DNA of 64,000 bases from Candidatus Zixiibacteriota bacterium (GTDB taxonomy: Bacteria > Zixibacteria > MSB-5A5 > GN15 > FEB-12), in contig JBFMGC010000002.1 of the NCBI GenBank assembly GCA_040752815.1, positions 35,490 through 99,489 on the forward strand. Direction: 5' to 3'. Below are positions 9,207-17,842 of the stretch, piece after piece. The position numbers and the translations under genes are program-made. How positions within the stretch are numbered: position 1 is the first letter of the stretch; each line of letters opens with the position of its first letter. Below the pieces are notes generated by a model. The model did not search any database. It had not been told where the DNA came from and saw only the letters and a list, made by a program, of their open reading frames with translations.

Positions 9207-10843
9207 AGTGTTGCGTTCAGTTCTAAGGACATTTGGGTGGCGTTGCTGTCCGGCCCATCACGACGATACGAATTGCTAAGTTTGGCTGCGGCAGTCAGGT
9301 AACTCCCCAGAGGCCATGAGCCGCGCGCGAAGGCATACCAGTACTGGAGGCCGTCGGTATCGATCTCACCGAGGTTGGACCAGATTTCGTACGCGCTTCC
9401 GTCGGTCATCACATACCTGGCCGAAACGAAAAGGACGGCATGATCGCTGTCGCGGCCATCAACATCCACGCCAATATAACACTTCGCCCGGACACGCGCA
9501 GTTGTGTATCTCGTTTCGAGTCGGAGCTGATGATCAGACCGGTCGGCCGGTGCTGTGCCCGGGTCGTGCCGCCAATCTCCGAGATAGGCGAGGCGCCACT
9601 GCCAGTCAGGGGACAGATTGTAAGCCAGGCCGCTGAAGAATTGCTGACGGCTGGCATCGCGCGTATTCTCGGCCCGGAGCAGGGAGTTGGAAAACGCCAT
9701 CCGCCCGCTCGGTTCGATCGTGGTCTTGACCAAACCGCCCCTTTGTCCCACTCGTCGACTGCGATAACTGAACGCTACGGCCGCCAATGTGTCCGGTTCC
9801 GAAAGCACCGCCGACTTACTCCCGGCTGTGAGATCGACGAAATCATCATCGTACCGCCACGCCGCATAGCGCAATTCAGCAGTCTCGAATCGATGTCTGC
9901 CCTCTAAGACAACGCTGGTCGCTGAAGTCTCGGAGCCTTGATGACTTAGCTCGCCTGCGGCGTAGCCCGTCCTGTAATCATAGTACACGAGAGCTGATGC
10001 CATGGGTATCTCGACCGATACGCCGCTGCCTCGATTTACCAGGTTGACCTGCCCTACCACCAGGCCCGGCCGGATCTTCCCCACTGCTCGCTCGATCATT
10101 AGTCCAGCCGTGAACATACGGTGCGACGAATCACGCGTCAGCGAAGCGAGCGAACGAATCTCCCATCCTCCGCTTCGAAGTTCCGCCAGCAGGCCGTTGT
10201 ATCCGCCGTAACTGGGATAAGACCATGATTCTGCGTTGATATTCGACGAGGCATCCAGTATCTGCCCCCGGTGCCCAAACAGCGTACCGAGGCCGAATCT
10301 GGTCGTGAAACTGCCGACTTCGATTCGTCGAACCAACCCGGTTCGATTTCGGTAGCCAACCGACCGACTGACCACCCGCTCCGCCCCACCGCGCTCACGG
10401 ATTGCCTGCAACCGAAATCGCCAGCGGTTCTCGACAGATAGATCAGCGCGACTGCGGTACCATGTCCGCTGCTCATTGTCGAGAAACATGGTGTAGCGAT
10501 GGCCCACCTGCCCGCGTATTCGAGGAGACTGAGCCTTCTTGATTTCTACTGAGCGAAAACCGGAAACCTGTTCCTGCTCTATGGGATCGATGCGCATGGA
10601 ATCGGTTTTAAACAAGTAGAACAGATTCGGGATCTCGTCCAAAAGATGACGATTGGTCGAGTCGAGACCGTTCTCGATGATTTCACGAAGGACCAGGTAC
10701 TGGTCATATGTGATTACCCCCTCCTGCAGCGCCTCCCACAGTTCGTCGTCTGAAGTGAGCACCGACTCCGACAACTGCTGAGTGCGGGCGGAGGCGCACA
10801 TAAGCACCATGATGAGGCAGGCGGTCCCCCACGGAAGGCGCAT
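9203..10843 (-). CDS. putative outer-membrane beta-barrel protein, family unknown
   Basis: Signal peptide MRLPWGTACLIMVLMCASA. 546 aa rich in alternating aromatic/polar strands with a barrel-like C-terminal stretch. Overlaps the next gene by 4 nt. Confidence 0.4.
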   Translation of the reverse strand: MRLPWGTACLIMVLMCASARTQQLSESVLTSDDELWEALQEGVITYDQYLVLREIIENGLDSTNRHLLDEIPNLFYLFKTDSMRIDPIEQEQVSGFRSVEIKKAQSPRIRGQVGHRYTMFLDNEQRTWYRSRADLSVENRWRFRLQAIRERGGAERVVSRSVGYRNRTGLVRRIEVGSFTTRFGLGTLFGHRGQILDASSNINAESWSYPSYGGYNGLLAELRSGGWEIRSLASLTRDSSHRMFTAGLMIERAVGKIRPGLVVGQVNLVNRGSGVSVEIPMASALVYYDYRTGYAAGELSHQGSETSATSVVLEGRHRFETAELRYAAWRYDDDFVDLTAGSKSAVLSEPDTLAAVAFSYRSRRVGQRGGLVKTTIEPSGRMAFSNSLLRAENTRDASRQQFFSGLAYNLSPDWQWRLAYLGDWRHDPGTAPADRSDHQLRLETRYTTARVRAKCYIGVDVDGRDSDHAVLFVSARYVMTDGSAYEIWSNLGEIDTDGLQYWYAFARGSWPLGSYLTAAAKLSNSYRRDGPDSNATQMSLELNATL

Positions 10844-10846
10844 GCG

Positions 10847-12292
10847 CTACCTCAGGCCGAACTTGGCTAATTTGCGGTACAGAGTTCGTTCCCCAATTCC
10901 CAATCGCCGCGCCGTTTCTTTGCGGTTCCCGCCGGTTTGCTGCAACACTTGCTGAATCAAAGCCTCCTCCATCTCTTCCATCGTAGTGTTCGCGTCAAGT
11001 GAATCAGGCCCCATAGGCTCGGCGCTCCCGACCGGCTGCTCGCCCGGCAGATTGGCGGTGATCAAATTCCGAAGCAGCCTGATCTCATTGCCGAGTGACA
11101 GTATCGCCCTGTAAATCAGTTCCTGCCCGGCCTCCTCGGCAGTGCGGCCGGTGGATACAGGCAGGTGCTGCGCCGCAGCGTGCTGTTCTGCGAGAAACTT
11201 CTCGACATCGTCGGTCTCCACCAGACCGGCCGGCTTGAGTGCGGCCATGCGCGACGCAAAATTGCGCAACTGGCGCACGTTGCCGGGCCAATCGTACTTC
11301 ATGAGTCGTTCCAGCGCACCGCCCGAATAATCGAGCCCCTTCTGATCGCGCCAGAAGTGCTGCAGCAGCGGCTGGATATCGCCGCGTCGTTCTAGCAGCG
11401 GCGGCACCACCAGCTTAACCGCCGAAATCCGAAAATACAAATCCTCGCGGAAGCGGCGATCGGCGATGGCTTCAGTCAAATCACGATTCGTGGCCGCGAC
11501 CACCCGCACGTTGGCGCGCTCCGGCACCGACGAACCGACCGGGTAAAACGTGCCGTCTTCGAGCACGCGCAGCAGTTTCACCTGCATGTCCGGCTTGGTT
11601 TCGCCGATTTCGTCGAGGAAGATGGTCCCGCCTTCGGCTTTGCGGAAAAGTCCATCGCGCTTGCCGACCGAGCCGGTGAAAGCTCCCTTCTCGTGGCCAA
11701 ACAGCTCCGACTCGAGCAGCCCCTCGGAGATTGCGCCGCAGTTGATGGTCACAAACGGTCCTTTTGACCGTGACGATGATTGATGCACCGCCCTGGCGAC
11801 CAGTTCTTTTCCGGAACCGGACGGTCCGACAATCAGCACCGATACATCTGTCGGTGCAATCCTGTCGATCATCCCCGCCAGCGCCCTGAGCGCGCGCGAT
11901 CGGCCGATAATCCCGTACTTCTCCAGCAGTTTCTTGTCCGAGATGATCTGCGAGATGCGCTTGGCGATACCGTCAGTGCCAAGATCGGAGGGCATGGCGC
12001 CGTCGAAAAACGGCTCGACCTCGTGGGGCGACGTGTCGCTCTCGACCAGTTTCCATATATCAGTCAGACCGTTCGGGCGGCGGATCTTGATCGCCACCGC
12101 TTGGTTGACATCGTGACGATTCAGATCGACCAGCACCAGGCTGATTGTCCGCTCGCGCACGAGCTGGTAAACCTGCGCCATAGTCGTTACCGGCGTACCG
12201 ATAGACGCCCAACTGATCCCTGTCGCGGGGCGCTGTTTTTCATCGGTCAGGATAACAACATCTGAAATCATATCTCTGCGTTTGTCTCCCAA
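10847..12292 (-). CDS. sigma-54-dependent transcriptional activator (NtrC family) with receiver-like N-terminus
   Basis: AAA+ sigma-54 interaction domain (GPSGSGKELVARAVH, ESELFGHEKGAFTG, GTIFLDEIG) and a C-terminal Fis-type HTH (NRKETARRLGIGERTLYRKL). Confidence 0.9.
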   Translation of the reverse strand: MGDKRRDMISDVVILTDEKQRPATGISWASIGTPVTTMAQVYQLVRERTISLVLVDLNRHDVNQAVAIKIRRPNGLTDIWKLVESDTSPHEVEPFFDGAMPSDLGTDGIAKRISQIISDKKLLEKYGIIGRSRALRALAGMIDRIAPTDVSVLIVGPSGSGKELVARAVHQSSSRSKGPFVTINCGAISEGLLESELFGHEKGAFTGSVGKRDGLFRKAEGGTIFLDEIGETKPDMQVKLLRVLEDGTFYPVGSSVPERANVRVVAATNRDLTEAIADRRFREDLYFRISAVKLVVPPLLERRGDIQPLLQHFWRDQKGLDYSGGALERLMKYDWPGNVRQLRNFASRMAALKPAGLVETDDVEKFLAEQHAAAQHLPVSTGRTAEEAGQELIYRAILSLGNEIRLLRNLITANLPGEQPVGSAEPMGPDSLDANTTMEEMEEALIQQVLQQTGGNRKETARRLGIGERTLYRKLAKFGLR

Positions 12293-12309
12293 TCGCTATA
12301 CAGACCGAC

Positions 12310-14478
12310 TCAGCTTCGCTTGCGGCGGCGTTTTTTGCCAACGCCGTTTTTTTTCGCTTTTGCCTTCTCCGGCTTTGGACGGATCAAAAACAAGTCGATC
12401 TCATTGCGGGTCCGGTCGACTTTCATCACGCCGACTTTCACGGCATCGCCCAATCGATAGATTCTCTTCGTGCGCGTGCCCACTATCCGGAAGTTCTGTT
12501 CATCGTAGCGATAGAAGTCATCATCTATGGATGACACCCGTACCAGGCCTTCAACTCCCAGGCGATCCAGCCGCACGAAGAAACCGAAGGGCATCACGCC
12601 GCTGATCACTCCGGTGTACTCGTCGCCGAGATGCGCGGCCATGTACGCGACTTGTTTGACTCGGACCGCCTCGCGTTCGGCCGCCTCCGCCATGCGCTCG
12701 GTTTCGGAGCAGTGTTTGCCCACGTTGTCAATCACGCTTTCAACTCGCCGTGCAAACGCCACCGGGTAGCGTTTCCCCTTGAGCTTGCGAAGCAGCCGGT
12801 GCACGAGCAGGTCGGGGTAGCGGCGAATGGGCGATGTAAAGTGCGTGTAGTGCGAGAAGGCCAGACCGAAATGTCCGATATTCTCGCGCTGATAGACCGC
12901 CTTGGCCATCGAGCGCAGCAAGAGCTCGTTGATGAGATCAACTTCCGGCGCATCTTTCACGCTATCGAGAAAGCGCGAGAATTGTATGGGACGCATCGTT
13001 TTCGACACTGGAAACTTGTAACCGAGCCGCTCCATCATGTACGAGAACGCCTCCAGCTTCTCCAAATCGGGCTTGTCATGCACGCGATAGAGAAACGGCT
13101 GAGCCTTGCGAAAGACCTCAAGTGCGACCGCCTTGTTGGCCGCCAACATAAACTCCTCGACCAGGCGGTGCGATTCCAAGCGCACACGGCTGCCAAGCTC
13201 GATTACCTCGCCGTCCTTGCCGAGAATGATCTTCGCCTCGGGCAGATCGAAATCGAGCGAACCTTCCGCGAAACGCTGCTTGCTCAGCAGTTGTGCGAGC
13301 CGGCGCGCCAACAGAAGATTGTCGGCTACTGTTGCGACATGACTCGCCACCGGTTTGCCGTCGAACAGGTCCTGCACCTCCTCGTACGACAACTTGGCTT
13401 TGGAGTTGATAATCGTGTCGGCCAGTTGCCACTTGTGCATCCTGCCCTGGCGGTCAAAATCGATAAACACCGAATGGGCCAGCCGCTTGCGGTGCGGCTT
13501 GAGCGAGCAGATATCGTTCGACAACACTTCCGGCAGCATCGGGATGACCATCCCCGGCAGATACACCGAATTGCCGCGATTGAACGCCTCGACATCTAGC
13601 GCCGACCCGGCCTCCACGTAGTACGAGACATCGGCGATATGCACGCCGAGACGATACCCATACGCGGTTTCTTCGACACCGACTGCGTCATCATGATCTT
13701 TGGCGTCGAACGGGTCGATCGTATAGATACACTCGTGGCTGAGATCGAGACGGTGCGACTGTGAATCTTCTGCTAACTTTGCGGCGGCGCGCTCAGCTTC
13801 GTCCATGACCTCGGCTGGGAACGATTCGGGAAAGCCGTAACTCTTGACAATTGTCAGCATATCGACCCCAGGATCGTTGGGGAAGCCGATCCGCTCGACA
13901 ATCCGCCCTTCCGGATTGAGATGCGGATCGTCCCAGAGGGTCAACTTCGCCACGACCTTCTCACCGTTCTGTGCGCCGTCGGTAGCATCGATCGGGATAT
14001 AGATGTCACGATGAATGCGCGGATTGTCGGGAGTCACCCACGCGAATTTGCGCTCAGAGTGAAACACGCCGACAATGTTCCGGTCGGCCCGCTTGACAAT
14101 GCGGATGACCGAGCCGGCCTCGCGACCTTCGACTTTGCCCTTGAGCCGGACCATGGCCTGGTCGCCGTCGAGCGCGGTGTGAAGGTCCCACGACTGAATG
14201 AGGATGTCCGGCTCGACACCCTCGCGCATGAGAAAACCGATCCCTTTGCGGGTGATCGACATGGTGCCCACTATGACCCCCAACTGATCCGGCACACCCA
14301 CGCGACCGCGCTTGAGATTGATAAGCTCGCCGCTGTCGATGAGCTGTTTGACGCCGCGTCGCAGCGCCTGGTAATCCGTCTGCGGGACACGCATGGCGGT
14401 GGCGATTTCCTTGATTTTCATGGGGCGGTCGGCCTGAGCCCGGATGAAATCGAGGATAGTTTTCTTGTTCAGGGGCAT
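12310..14478 (-). CDS. rnr: ribonuclease R
   Basis: 722 aa with an RNB catalytic core (DPFDAKDHDDA, HFGLAFSHYTHFTSPIRRYPDLLVHR), a C-terminal S1 domain and a Lys/Arg-rich tail. Confidence 0.95.
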   Translation of the reverse strand: MPLNKKTILDFIRAQADRPMKIKEIATAMRVPQTDYQALRRGVKQLIDSGELINLKRGRVGVPDQLGVIVGTMSITRKGIGFLMREGVEPDILIQSWDLHTALDGDQAMVRLKGKVEGREAGSVIRIVKRADRNIVGVFHSERKFAWVTPDNPRIHRDIYIPIDATDGAQNGEKVVAKLTLWDDPHLNPEGRIVERIGFPNDPGVDMLTIVKSYGFPESFPAEVMDEAERAAAKLAEDSQSHRLDLSHECIYTIDPFDAKDHDDAVGVEETAYGYRLGVHIADVSYYVEAGSALDVEAFNRGNSVYLPGMVIPMLPEVLSNDICSLKPHRKRLAHSVFIDFDRQGRMHKWQLADTIINSKAKLSYEEVQDLFDGKPVASHVATVADNLLLARRLAQLLSKQRFAEGSLDFDLPEAKIILGKDGEVIELGSRVRLESHRLVEEFMLAANKAVALEVFRKAQPFLYRVHDKPDLEKLEAFSYMMERLGYKFPVSKTMRPIQFSRFLDSVKDAPEVDLINELLLRSMAKAVYQRENIGHFGLAFSHYTHFTSPIRRYPDLLVHRLLRKLKGKRYPVAFARRVESVIDNVGKHCSETERMAEAAEREAVRVKQVAYMAAHLGDEYTGVISGVMPFGFFVRLDRLGVEGLVRVSSIDDDFYRYDEQNFRIVGTRTKRIYRLGDAVKVGVMKVDRTRNEIDLFLIRPKPEKAKAKKNGVGKKRRRKRS

Positions 14479-14521
14479 GGGGTTAAGCTATAGCGGCGGC
14501 CCATGTCAGTCAAGCCCTAAT

Positions 14522-14570
14522 CTGCCATTTTGGCAGGGTGATAGAAACTGTCATTCCTGCGGAGGCAGGA
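14522..14570. repeat. two short GC hairpins (CTGCCA-ttt-TGGCAG; TCCTGC-ggag-GCAGGA) upstream of the low-GC orphan gene
   Basis: Read directly from the sequence. They share the GGCAG/CTGCC core with the hairpins at 16.1, 17.1 and 35.5 kb. Confidence 0.4.
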
Positions 14571-14714
14571 GTCCAGACAAGGTTGACTGGGTACGTCACC
14601 CATGTTGGTGACCTCGACAAGTCTTTTCAGACCCTACTTTTTCTGATTGCTGAAAGCAGACCGATGTTCCTACTTTCCCTCTTGTTGCTCTAGTATGGTA
14701 TTCAGGAGGACAGA

Positions 14715-16058
14715 ATGGTAAAAATCGACGAGATTTGGCCAATCCTCACAACGTTCAGTGAGGAGGCCATTGCTGCCGCGCTCGGAAAGTGTGAGGAACT
14801 GGGCTTTGACAAAACGCGCGGCGAAATTTCCCTTGAGGAATCCCTCATAAATCTAAAAAATATGAAAGCGCTTCTAGAGGATGCCATCCAGAGCAAGAAG
14901 CTAATACAAATACCTCTATCTATTCAAAATTCGATCCACGGTGAACTAACTGCGATCTCAAAAGCTCTGGTGTCCCTGGCTGGCGGCGTGGATGAGGTTG
15001 TGAATTTGAGCTCGTCTATTGAACGCTTGTTTACTCTCACTTGGCAAAGTCGCTTGCAAGACCTCTCCGGTCAAACCGCGGTATACAAAGATACAGAGAA
15101 CCGTCTCAAAAACCTCGAGATTCAAGCACAACGTGTCGTGAACGAACTGACACAAGCCCTCGATCTACGGGATAAACTCCAGAACTTGGTTACACAGCTG
15201 GAGGAAGCTCAGACCAACTTTGCTACCCAATATACCCTGATCAAGCAGAACGCGGATGAGTCAACCAAAGTGAAAACCGATATAGATACCCTTGGTGGTG
15301 CCGCTACTAATACTGTTACTCAGATAGAGACAGATAGGGACAAGGTATCCAAACTACTATCCTCGATTGAGGCCGTGAAAACACAGGTGGACCTCCGGGA
15401 CGGCGAGATCAAGGAATACAAAGACTCGGTTGCTGAGATCAACACCAAAGCTGACGACTTGGTTTCTAGGCTGAATAAGGAATTGAAAAATACCTTTGAG
15501 ACCAGAGATGATATGGTGGAAAAGCTCAATCAAGTGCACGATCGCGCAGAGAGTTTACTGCCCGGTACTACGAGCGCGGGATTGGCACATGCATTCCGTC
15601 AGCGGAAGGAGGACATAGCGAAAACGAAGAAATTATGGTTCATCTATTTCGCGGCGTCGATACTTAGTTTGGTTGGATTTGTTATCTTGATAGTTCTGGA
15701 GTATCCCTCAGGCACTGCCACGCAAACTAACGCCGACTGGTGGCAACACGTACTCCAGAGAACTCCGCTGACATTTCCGTTTATTTGGGCCGGTTGGTTT
15801 TTTGGCAGAAATTTCGGCCACATGATTCGCCTCGAAGAAGTCTATGCTTTTAAGGAAACGGTCTCTCGATCTTTCGAGGGTTATAAAACCCAGATGTCTG
15901 AGGTATCGGCTGATAAGGGGCTGCCGTATCTCTGCGAGGAAGCAATCAAAATTCTCTCTGCTTCACCTCTTTCAATTTTCGAAAGACAAACGTCCGATGA
16001 GACCCCGGTCAATTCATGGTGGGATAGGGTATTCAGTAGGAAGCCCCAGAAGGAGTAA
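14715..16058 (+). CDS. orphan coiled-coil protein with C-terminal two-TM domain (no family assigned)
   Basis: AGGAGG lies 5-6 nt before the ATG. About 300 aa of heptad-like helix, then two hydrophobic helices (LWFIYFAASILSLVGFVILIVL; LTFPFIWAGWFFGRNFGHMI). The gene is markedly more A/T-rich than its neighbours. Confidence 0.75.
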   Translation: MVKIDEIWPILTTFSEEAIAAALGKCEELGFDKTRGEISLEESLINLKNMKALLEDAIQSKKLIQIPLSIQNSIHGELTAISKALVSLAGGVDEVVNLSSSIERLFTLTWQSRLQDLSGQTAVYKDTENRLKNLEIQAQRVVNELTQALDLRDKLQNLVTQLEEAQTNFATQYTLIKQNADESTKVKTDIDTLGGAATNTVTQIETDRDKVSKLLSSIEAVKTQVDLRDGEIKEYKDSVAEINTKADDLVSRLNKELKNTFETRDDMVEKLNQVHDRAESLLPGTTSAGLAHAFRQRKEDIAKTKKLWFIYFAASILSLVGFVILIVLEYPSGTATQTNADWWQHVLQRTPLTFPFIWAGWFFGRNFGHMIRLEEVYAFKETVSRSFEGYKTQMSEVSADKGLPYLCEEAIKILSASPLSIFERQTSDETPVNSWWDRVFSRKPQKE

Positions 16059-16083
16059 TCATAGAGAATTGATCTCCAGGTTC

Positions 16084-16145
16084 GTAGGGCAGGGCCCCTT
16101 GGTGGTCCTGCCATCATTGGCAGGTTTGAAGCAGACCTGCCCTAC
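16084..16145. repeat. composite REP-like element: GTAGGGCAGG-N13-CCTGCC-N6-GGCAGG-N11-CCTGCCCTAC
   Basis: A perfect 10-nt outer inverted repeat encloses two internal hairpins. Related copies lie at 17071-17152 and 35442-35468. Confidence 0.6.
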
Positions 16146-16297
16146 AAGACTCTTCGTTCACGAGGCCCCAAAAGGAAGGCCTGCGGGTGCGGGCCTTGAC
16201 AATGGCTCACGTGACACATGAGCCGCAACGAGGAGGAAGGTTGCGATTCGCAATCCTGAGCCGTCGGGCAGGGTCGCCCGACGGCACGAAATCTCAA

Positions 16298-16316
16298 CCC
16301 ACCCCAAGGGGTGGGG
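16298..16316. repeat. hairpin family B: CCCACCCC-aa-GGGGTGGG
   Basis: The same motif, with similar flanks (aatc/catc ... gcacc), occurs at 17183-17200 and 35785-35803. Confidence 0.5.
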
Positions 16317-16332
16317 CACCCTAGCGTAAGTC

Positions 16333-16965
16333 TTACGAACGGCCGCCCATGCTGTGCTTGCCGCAACCGGGAGGGCACGCCTTCTGCCCCATGCCTTGTC
16401 CCTGGCACGGCCCCATGCCCTGGCCCATGCCGTGCCCCATGCCGTGGCCCCGGCGCTCTTCGCGGCGCTCCTCGCGCATCTTCTGCAGTTTCTCGAACTG
16501 CTCGTTAGTCAGCACGCCGCGCATCTGCTTGTGGTGGCCGTACTTCAGTTTCTGCACGTCGGCGCGAAGGCGCGCGACATCGTCGATCATCCGGCCAACC
16601 TCAGCCTCCGGCGCGTTCTTGTCCATCATCAGCGTGCGCAGACGAATTTCCGCCTTCTCGACCTCCGCCTCGCGGTCGATCATCTGCATCCGGAACTCGA
16701 CCTGCATCTTCTTGAGCTGATCGCGCTGCTGCTCACTGAGGCCGAGTTCGTCAGCGAGCCCGATCAGATGGCCGATACCGGGGTGATCGTCATCCCCCAT
16801 AGGGCCGCCGCGATGCATCCCGCCGCCCATGCAGCACTGACCGGGTCCCTGCCCCATCCCACGACCCTGCGGACAAAACGGACCGTCGCCGGATCCCGGT
16901 TGCGCGAATGCGGCCAGCGGCAGAAGAAGTGCGACCGCCGCGATTGCGAACAGTTGTTTTTTCAT
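16333..16965 (-). CDS. Spy/CpxP/ZraP-family periplasmic protein with Met/His/Gly/Cys-rich termini
   Basis: Signal peptide MKKQLFAIAAVALLLPLAAFA. LTxxQ-type motifs (LSEQQRDQL, LTNEQFEKL). The HGMGHGMGQGMGPCQGQGMG tail resembles ZraP metal-binding tails. Start is set at ATG 16965, which has GAAAGGAA upstream; the track ORF extends to 16989. Confidence 0.7.
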   Translation of the reverse strand: MKKQLFAIAAVALLLPLAAFAQPGSGDGPFCPQGRGMGQGPGQCCMGGGMHRGGPMGDDDHPGIGHLIGLADELGLSEQQRDQLKKMQVEFRMQMIDREAEVEKAEIRLRTLMMDKNAPEAEVGRMIDDVARLRADVQKLKYGHHKQMRGVLTNEQFEKLQKMREERREERRGHGMGHGMGQGMGPCQGQGMGQKACPPGCGKHSMGGRS

Positions 16966-17070
16966 AGTGTGGTTCCTTTCTACCGACATTCAGTTTCTTA
17001 TGTTAATGATTGCGTCATAGCCATATCCATCGACCCACAGCAGAGCTGTGGGCTACCGGTCTTATGATTC

Positions 17071-17152
17071 GTAGGGCAGGACCCCCGTGGTCCTGCCATT
17101 ATAATAGTCACCGCGATGCGTTGATGGCACGAGCGCAGGGCTCCTGCCCTAC
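17071..17152. repeat. composite REP-like element with 13-nt outer inverted repeat TTCGTAGGGCAGG / CCTGCCCTACGAA
   Basis: Contains the internal hairpins GGCAGGAC-ccccgt-GGTCCTGCC and GCAGG-gct-CCTGC. It lies between the two Spy-like cistrons. Confidence 0.6.
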
Positions 17153-17182
17153 GAAAACTACCGGGTTATTGCCGTTGCGAAT

Positions 17183-17200
17183 CCCACCCGTTGGGTGGGG
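17183..17200. repeat. hairpin family B copy: CCCACCC-gtt-GGGTGGGG
   Basis: Read directly from the sequence. Confidence 0.5.
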
Positions 17201-17221
17201 TACAGATGCCACAATCATAGT

Positions 17222-17842
17222 TCATCCCTCGCCTTCCGGTGATCCGGGCGCACCCATGCCGCGACGGAAGCGGCCCACCTGCTCCAGCAGCTCCGCCTCA
17301 AAACGCTTATGGAAGATGATGAACTTACCGGTCTGTTCCGGGGTCAGCATCCCGCGCATCCGATCGACAAACGCCATGATGTTGCCGTGCCGCTCGACCT
17401 CGAGCGCCTTCACCTGATCGATCAGAGCGTTGATCCGAGCGTCAGAGCCGGCACCGTCGTGTATCACCTGCGCGAGTGAATCCAGCGCCTGGTCGGTGCG
17501 GGTGTCGAGCTCGCGCTGACGCTCCCGCATTGCATTGAACGCGGTCAGGAACGGCACCTCCTGATCGGGTTTCAGATCGAGCAGCTCGAGCATTTTGAGG
17601 ATACGCAGCTGTTCGAGATGCTTCCGCTGCTGCATCATCTCGTGATGCATCCGGCGACGCTGCTCGCGCGGCATCATCATTCCCTCGTCTGGTGCCTGCG
17701 CCAGCATACACCCGGGCATCGGACGGCAATCGAAGTGGCCGGCCGGTTCCGCCGACGGAACAGTCAGGTCATCCGCAACCGTCACTGCGAATGTGAGGAC
17801 ACCGCTGATCAGCACAGCGCCAATTAGCTTCAGGCTCATCAT
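17222..17842 (-). CDS. Spy/CpxP-like periplasmic protein (second paralog)
   Basis: Signal peptide MMSLKLIGAVLISGVLTFAV. LTxxQ-like repeats (LKPDQEVPF, LTPEQTGKF). Helical and Met/His-rich (MMMPREQRRRMHHEMM). Confidence 0.5.
   Translation of the reverse strand: MMSLKLIGAVLISGVLTFAVTVADDLTVPSAEPAGHFDCRPMPGCMLAQAPDEGMMMPREQRRRMHHEMMQQRKHLEQLRILKMLELLDLKPDQEVPFLTAFNAMRERQRELDTRTDQALDSLAQVIHDGAGSDARINALIDQVKALEVERHGNIMAFVDRMRGMLTPEQTGKFIIFHKRFEAELLEQVGRFRRGMGAPGSPEGEG

Noticed and set aside
10844-10960. Sigma-54 promoter (TGGCAC-N5-TTGC) for the genes downstream of the EBP
   Set aside because: The only TGGC..TGC-like string (TTGGCTAATTTGCGG) is on the wrong strand and has the wrong GG-GC spacing.
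12631-13599. 322-aa plus-strand ORF
   Set aside because: It is antisense to rnr, whose RNB motifs are unambiguous. Shadow ORF.
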